Assembly (NCBI GenBank): GCA_016207115.1 | Contig: JACQQI010000026.1 | Span: 1 to 61,188 of the forward strand | Reading direction: 5' to 3' | Origin: Candidatus Nealsonbacteria bacterium | GTDB lineage: Bacteria; Patescibacteriota; Minisyncoccia; Minisyncoccales; GWA2-46-15 | DNA: 61,188 nt | Part shown: positions 58,139 to 61,188 of the stretch, in pieces | How the letters are laid out: each line of letters opens with the position of its first letter | How positions within the stretch are numbered: the first letter of the stretch is position 1 | Translations under genes and position numbers: made by a program | Notes under the pieces: generated by a model | What the model saw: the letters and a program-made list of their open reading frames with translations, nothing else | Database searches by the model: none | What the model was told of the DNA's origin: nothing

Positions 58139-60091
58139 ATGGCCGAAAGAAAATTTTATCGCCGGGTCTACCAAAGAACCAGAAAAAAGAGGCTGTTTTT
58201 TCTCTGTCTAAAACTCCTTGGTTTCGGCCTTTTGTCTCTCTTCGCTGTCGGCCTCTTTCTTGTCATCAGTTATGCCAAAGACCTGCCCCGGCCCGATGAT
58301 TTTAAAGAAAAAGTTGTCGCTCAGTCGACTAAAATTTATGCCCGGGATGGCCAAACTGTCCTCTATGAAATCTATGGCGAAGAGAAGAGAACGGTCGTCT
58401 CTCTGGATCAGGTTTCGCCGTACCTGAAAGACGCTCTCTTGGCGGCCGAAGACGCTGATTTCTATCACCATCGCGGGGTGAGCTTAAAGGGGATCGCCCG
58501 AGCCGTCCTGGCCGATCTAAAATTCCTCTCGCCGTCCCAGGGCGCCTCGACCATCTCCCAGCAGCTCATCCGATCCTCTTACTTGGGCCGGGAAAAAACC
58601 GGTGCCCGGAAAACTCGGGAAGTGATTCTGACCTTGGAGTTGGAAAGGCGTTATTCCAAAGAGCAAATCTTGGAATTCTATCTGAATCAGATTCCTTTTG
58701 GGCGGAACGCCTACGGCATTGAATCGGCCAGTCAAAGCTATTTTCAAAAGAGTGCGCGAGATCTTTCCTTGGCCGAAGCCGCCGTCCTCGTCTCTTTGAT
58801 CAAGGCGCCGGGCCACCTCTCTCCCGACGGGCCCTATCGGGATGAACTCTTCAGCCGAAAGGATTACGTCCTTCAGCGAATGATTGATCTAAAATTCATC
58901 ACTCCCGCCGAGGGCCAGTTGGCCAAAGAACAGATTCTGAAATTTGCCAAAATCAGCCAGAAAATCAGAGCGCCTCATTTCGCCCTCTGGATCAAAAGTC
59001 TTCTGGAGGAAAAGTACGGTGAGGACTTCTTAAAAGAAAAAGGGTTAAAGGTTTACACTACTCTCGATTGGAAACTCCAAGAATCGGCGGAAAAGATCGT
59101 CGAAGAAAGGGTGAAGATAAACCAGTCTTACCATTCCTACAATGCGGCGGTGGTCATTCTTGATCCCAGAAATGGAGAAATCCTCGCCCTGGTTGGCTCT
59201 AAAGATTTCTTCGCCGATTCCTATCCGTCGGATTGCCAGTCGGGCAAAAATTGTCTTTTTGAGCCTCAATTCAACGTTGCCCTAGCTTCCCGCCAACCCG
59301 GTTCGTCTTTCAAGCCTTTTGTCTACGCCACGGCTTTTAAAAAAGGCTTTGACGATAAAACCGTTGTTATCGACGAGCAAACAAACTTTGGCGAATGGGG
59401 AGGAAAGGACTATATCCCGCAAAACTATGACGGACTATTTCGCGGGGCCGTCACCCTTCGGCGAGCCCTGGCCCAATCATTGAACATCCCTTCGATCAAA
59501 GTCCTCTTGAATCTGGCCGGCCTAGAAGACAGCATTCAGACGGCCAAAGACTTGGGCCTGACGACCTTAAAACCGCCCTTCGGGCCATCGATCGTCTTGG
59601 GCGGGTATGAGACAAAACTATTAGAGATGGCCTCGGCTTACGGCGCTTTTGCCAATAACGGACTCTGGCTGAAACCAGTCTCAATCCTAAGAATCGAGGA
59701 CGATAAGGGCAAGGTCATTGAAGAGAATAAAACTTCGCCCCGACGAGTTCTCGAAACGAGGGTCACGGCCCTGATCAACGATATCCTTTCGGATAATGAG
59801 GCCCGGTCGGCCATGTTCGGTCCGAGGTCTCTGCTCTTTTTCGAAAATTATCGCGTCGCCGTCAAAACCGGAACGACTCAAAGTTTTCGCGACGGCTGGA
59901 CGATCGGTTATACCCCCTCGGTCGTCATCGGGGTCTGGACGGGTAACAACGACAATTCTCCAATGAGAAAAGAGCCGGGCATTGTCTTTGCCGGCCCGAT
60001 TTTCCATGAGTTAATGGCCAACTCGCTATCTCGGTCATTACCCGAACCCTTTCCTGAACCCGAATCACTAAATCCGGAGAGGCATCAATAG
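58139..60091 (+). CDS. Class A penicillin-binding protein (PBP1A-type transglycosylase/transpeptidase)
   Basis: 650 aa. N-terminal TM segment. GT51 motifs EDADFYHHRG and GASTISQQL. Transpeptidase SSFKP (SxxK), SLN (SxN) and KTGT. Confidence 0.9.
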   Translation: MAERKFYRRVYQRTRKKRLFFLCLKLLGFGLLSLFAVGLFLVISYAKDLPRPDDFKEKVVAQSTKIYARDGQTVLYEIYGEEKRTVVSLDQVSPYLKDALLAAEDADFYHHRGVSLKGIARAVLADLKFLSPSQGASTISQQLIRSSYLGREKTGARKTREVILTLELERRYSKEQILEFYLNQIPFGRNAYGIESASQSYFQKSARDLSLAEAAVLVSLIKAPGHLSPDGPYRDELFSRKDYVLQRMIDLKFITPAEGQLAKEQILKFAKISQKIRAPHFALWIKSLLEEKYGEDFLKEKGLKVYTTLDWKLQESAEKIVEERVKINQSYHSYNAAVVILDPRNGEILALVGSKDFFADSYPSDCQSGKNCLFEPQFNVALASRQPGSSFKPFVYATAFKKGFDDKTVVIDEQTNFGEWGGKDYIPQNYDGLFRGAVTLRRALAQSLNIPSIKVLLNLAGLEDSIQTAKDLGLTTLKPPFGPSIVLGGYETKLLEMASAYGAFANNGLWLKPVSILRIEDDKGKVIEENKTSPRRVLETRVTALINDILSDNEARSAMFGPRSLLFFENYRVAVKTGTTQSFRDGWTIGYTPSVVIGVWTGNNDNSPMRKEPGIVFAGPIFHELMANSLSRSLPEPFPEPESLNPERHQ

Positions 60092-61188
60092 ATACAAATA
60101 ATCGGCGGCTTCTTCTTTTGATTTTAGGACGGCCGGTCCCTCGTTTTTACTCAAGGCAAAAACGAACTCCTTGTCTCGAATCTGATTTAAGCCATCGACC
60201 AAGAATCGCCAATTGAAAGAGATTTCCGCCGCCTCTTTTTCGCCCTCAATTTGGGCACTAAAAACACTGTTCGATCTTCCGACCTCGGGATTCTGCCCCT
60301 CGATCTCCATTTCTTGCTTAGTTGGTCTGATTTTTATCTTTATTTCGTTTATCTTATTGCTGAAAAGACTGACCGTTTTGAGGCGCTGCAAGAATTCTCC
60401 TTTTTGCAGAAAAACCTTGAAGCGGAACTCTTTCGGAATAATCTCTTGATAGTTTGGATACTCTCCTTCAATCAGGCGGGTAAAAAATTGGATTCTCGGG
60501 TGAGGCGTTTCCATCATCAGAGATTCTATGATGACCTGATTCGGAGAAAGATAGAACCTTAAGTCTTCTTCTTTTCCCCCAAAGGCGTTAATGATCTCCC
60601 GACAAGCCCGTTGGGGTAGAATGAAAGAAGCTTCTTTTTCTAGTTGATTGTCTAAGAGGATTGTTTTTTCGGCTAAACGAAAACTATCCGTCGCCACCAT
60701 TTTTAATCGGTTCTCTTTAAAATTAAAATGGACGCCAGAGATTTCCGGCTTAACCAGGGAGGTGGCGGCCATTTCCACTACTTGAGACAATCCTTCAATA
60801 AACCGTGAGTTCTTAATAACGAAGCTGATCTTGTCTTCGGGTTCGGGAATAATCGGAAATTCTTCTGCGTCCAGGCCGTTGATTTGAGCCTGAAATCCGT
60901 CGGCTTCTAACAAGAGCCTCTTTTCTTCTGTCTTTAAAGATAATTTTTCTGATGGCAAAGAATCAATCAAGGACTGCAAAACTCTTAAAGAGCAGGCGAT
61001 TTTCCCTTCTTTTTCGACTTTAGATAAAACCCACCATTTCATGCCCATCTCCAGGTCGGTGGCTTTGAGACAGAGAAAACTTTTTTCACAAGACAGTAGA
61101 ACAGAATTAAGAATGGGTAAGGAAAGATTCTTTTGCGCGATTCGACCGACGATCCCCAGACCTTCCCTAAGATTTTCTTTAAGGATGA
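60068..61188 (-). CDS. dnaN: DNA polymerase III beta sliding clamp; 5' end beyond the window edge
   Basis: The frame stays open to the window end: ILKENLREGLGIVGRIAQKNLSLPILNSVLLSCEKSFLCLKATDLEMGMKWW..., continuing into the track ORF 60068..61048. Typical DnaN N-terminal pattern. Confidence 0.85.
   Translation of the reverse strand, partial: ILKENLREGLGIVGRIAQKNLSLPILNSVLLSCEKSFLCLKATDLEMGMKWWVLSKVEKEGKIACSLRVLQSLIDSLPSEKLSLKTEEKRLLLEADGFQAQINGLDAEEFPIIPEPEDKISFVIKNSRFIEGLSQVVEMAATSLVKPEISGVHFNFKENRLKMVATDSFRLAEKTILLDNQLEKEASFILPQRACREIINAFGGKEEDLRFYLSPNQVIIESLMMETPHPRIQFFTRLIEGEYPNYQEIIPKEFRFKVFLQKGEFLQRLKTVSLFSNKINEIKIKIRPTKQEMEIEGQNPEVGRSNSVFSAQIEGEKEAAEISFNWRFLVDGLNQIRDKEFVFALSKNEGPAVLKSKEEAADYLYLLMPLRI

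Noticed and set aside
1-61188. Possible UGA recoding, as in the Gracilibacteria/SR1 genetic code.
   Set aside because: TGA terminates several well-defined genes at the expected length (infC, the ROK gene, rsmI, endoQ). No housekeeping gene needs read-through of an in-frame TGA. The standard code fits.

Overview
This 61.2-kb window looks like a chromosome segment from a small-genome bacterium of the CPR/Patescibacteria type. That assignment is an inference from gene content: a stand-alone 5'-3' exonuclease, PolX, EndoQ, RtcB, Elp3, a CxxC-x17-CxxC mini-protein, a fused TsaC-TsaE and receiver-only response regulators.

I call about 65 tightly packed protein genes, mostly on the minus strand.
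- Translation: five aminoacyl-tRNA synthetases (leuS, metG, glyQS, ileS, argS), the t6A genes (tsaD, tsaC-tsaE fusion), infC-rpmI-rplT, rpsT, smpB followed by tmRNA, and one tRNA-Arg(CCG).
- Cell wall: murA, murE and a PBP1A.
- Replication and repair: recO, polX, endoQ, uvrB, ruvC, holA, dnaN and a 5'-3' exonuclease.
- Signalling and surface: a HAMP/PAS two-component cluster, a PilB-type ATPase and a lamin-tail-domain surface protein.

The most unusual region is 9.8-15.3 kb.
- Three tandem cassettes lie at 9.83-10.71 kb. Each has its own sigma70-like promoter, a structured leader with a covarying stem and terminator/anti-terminator logic, the strongest Shine-Dalgarno sites in the window, a 14-15 aa ORF and a terminal hairpin. 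The three peptides share the core RWSx[RK]GRCT.
- Directly upstream is a translationally coupled operon of a HAD phosphatase, a DIT1/PvcA-like protein and a ROK kinase.
- Beyond that is a visibly GC-richer, separately terminated gene carrying a second DIT1/PvcA-like domain.

Other notable items:
- a 403-aa LAGLIDADG intein inside the EndoQ gene;
- two dispersed families of structured intergenic repeats, one of which has an in-frame copy inside murE and often abuts or supplies start codons;
- a 25-bp triplication of one gene's 5' end;
- several apparently leaderless genes.

No CRISPR array, rRNA or transposase was seen. All calls rest on reading the sequence and motif recognition. No database search was run.
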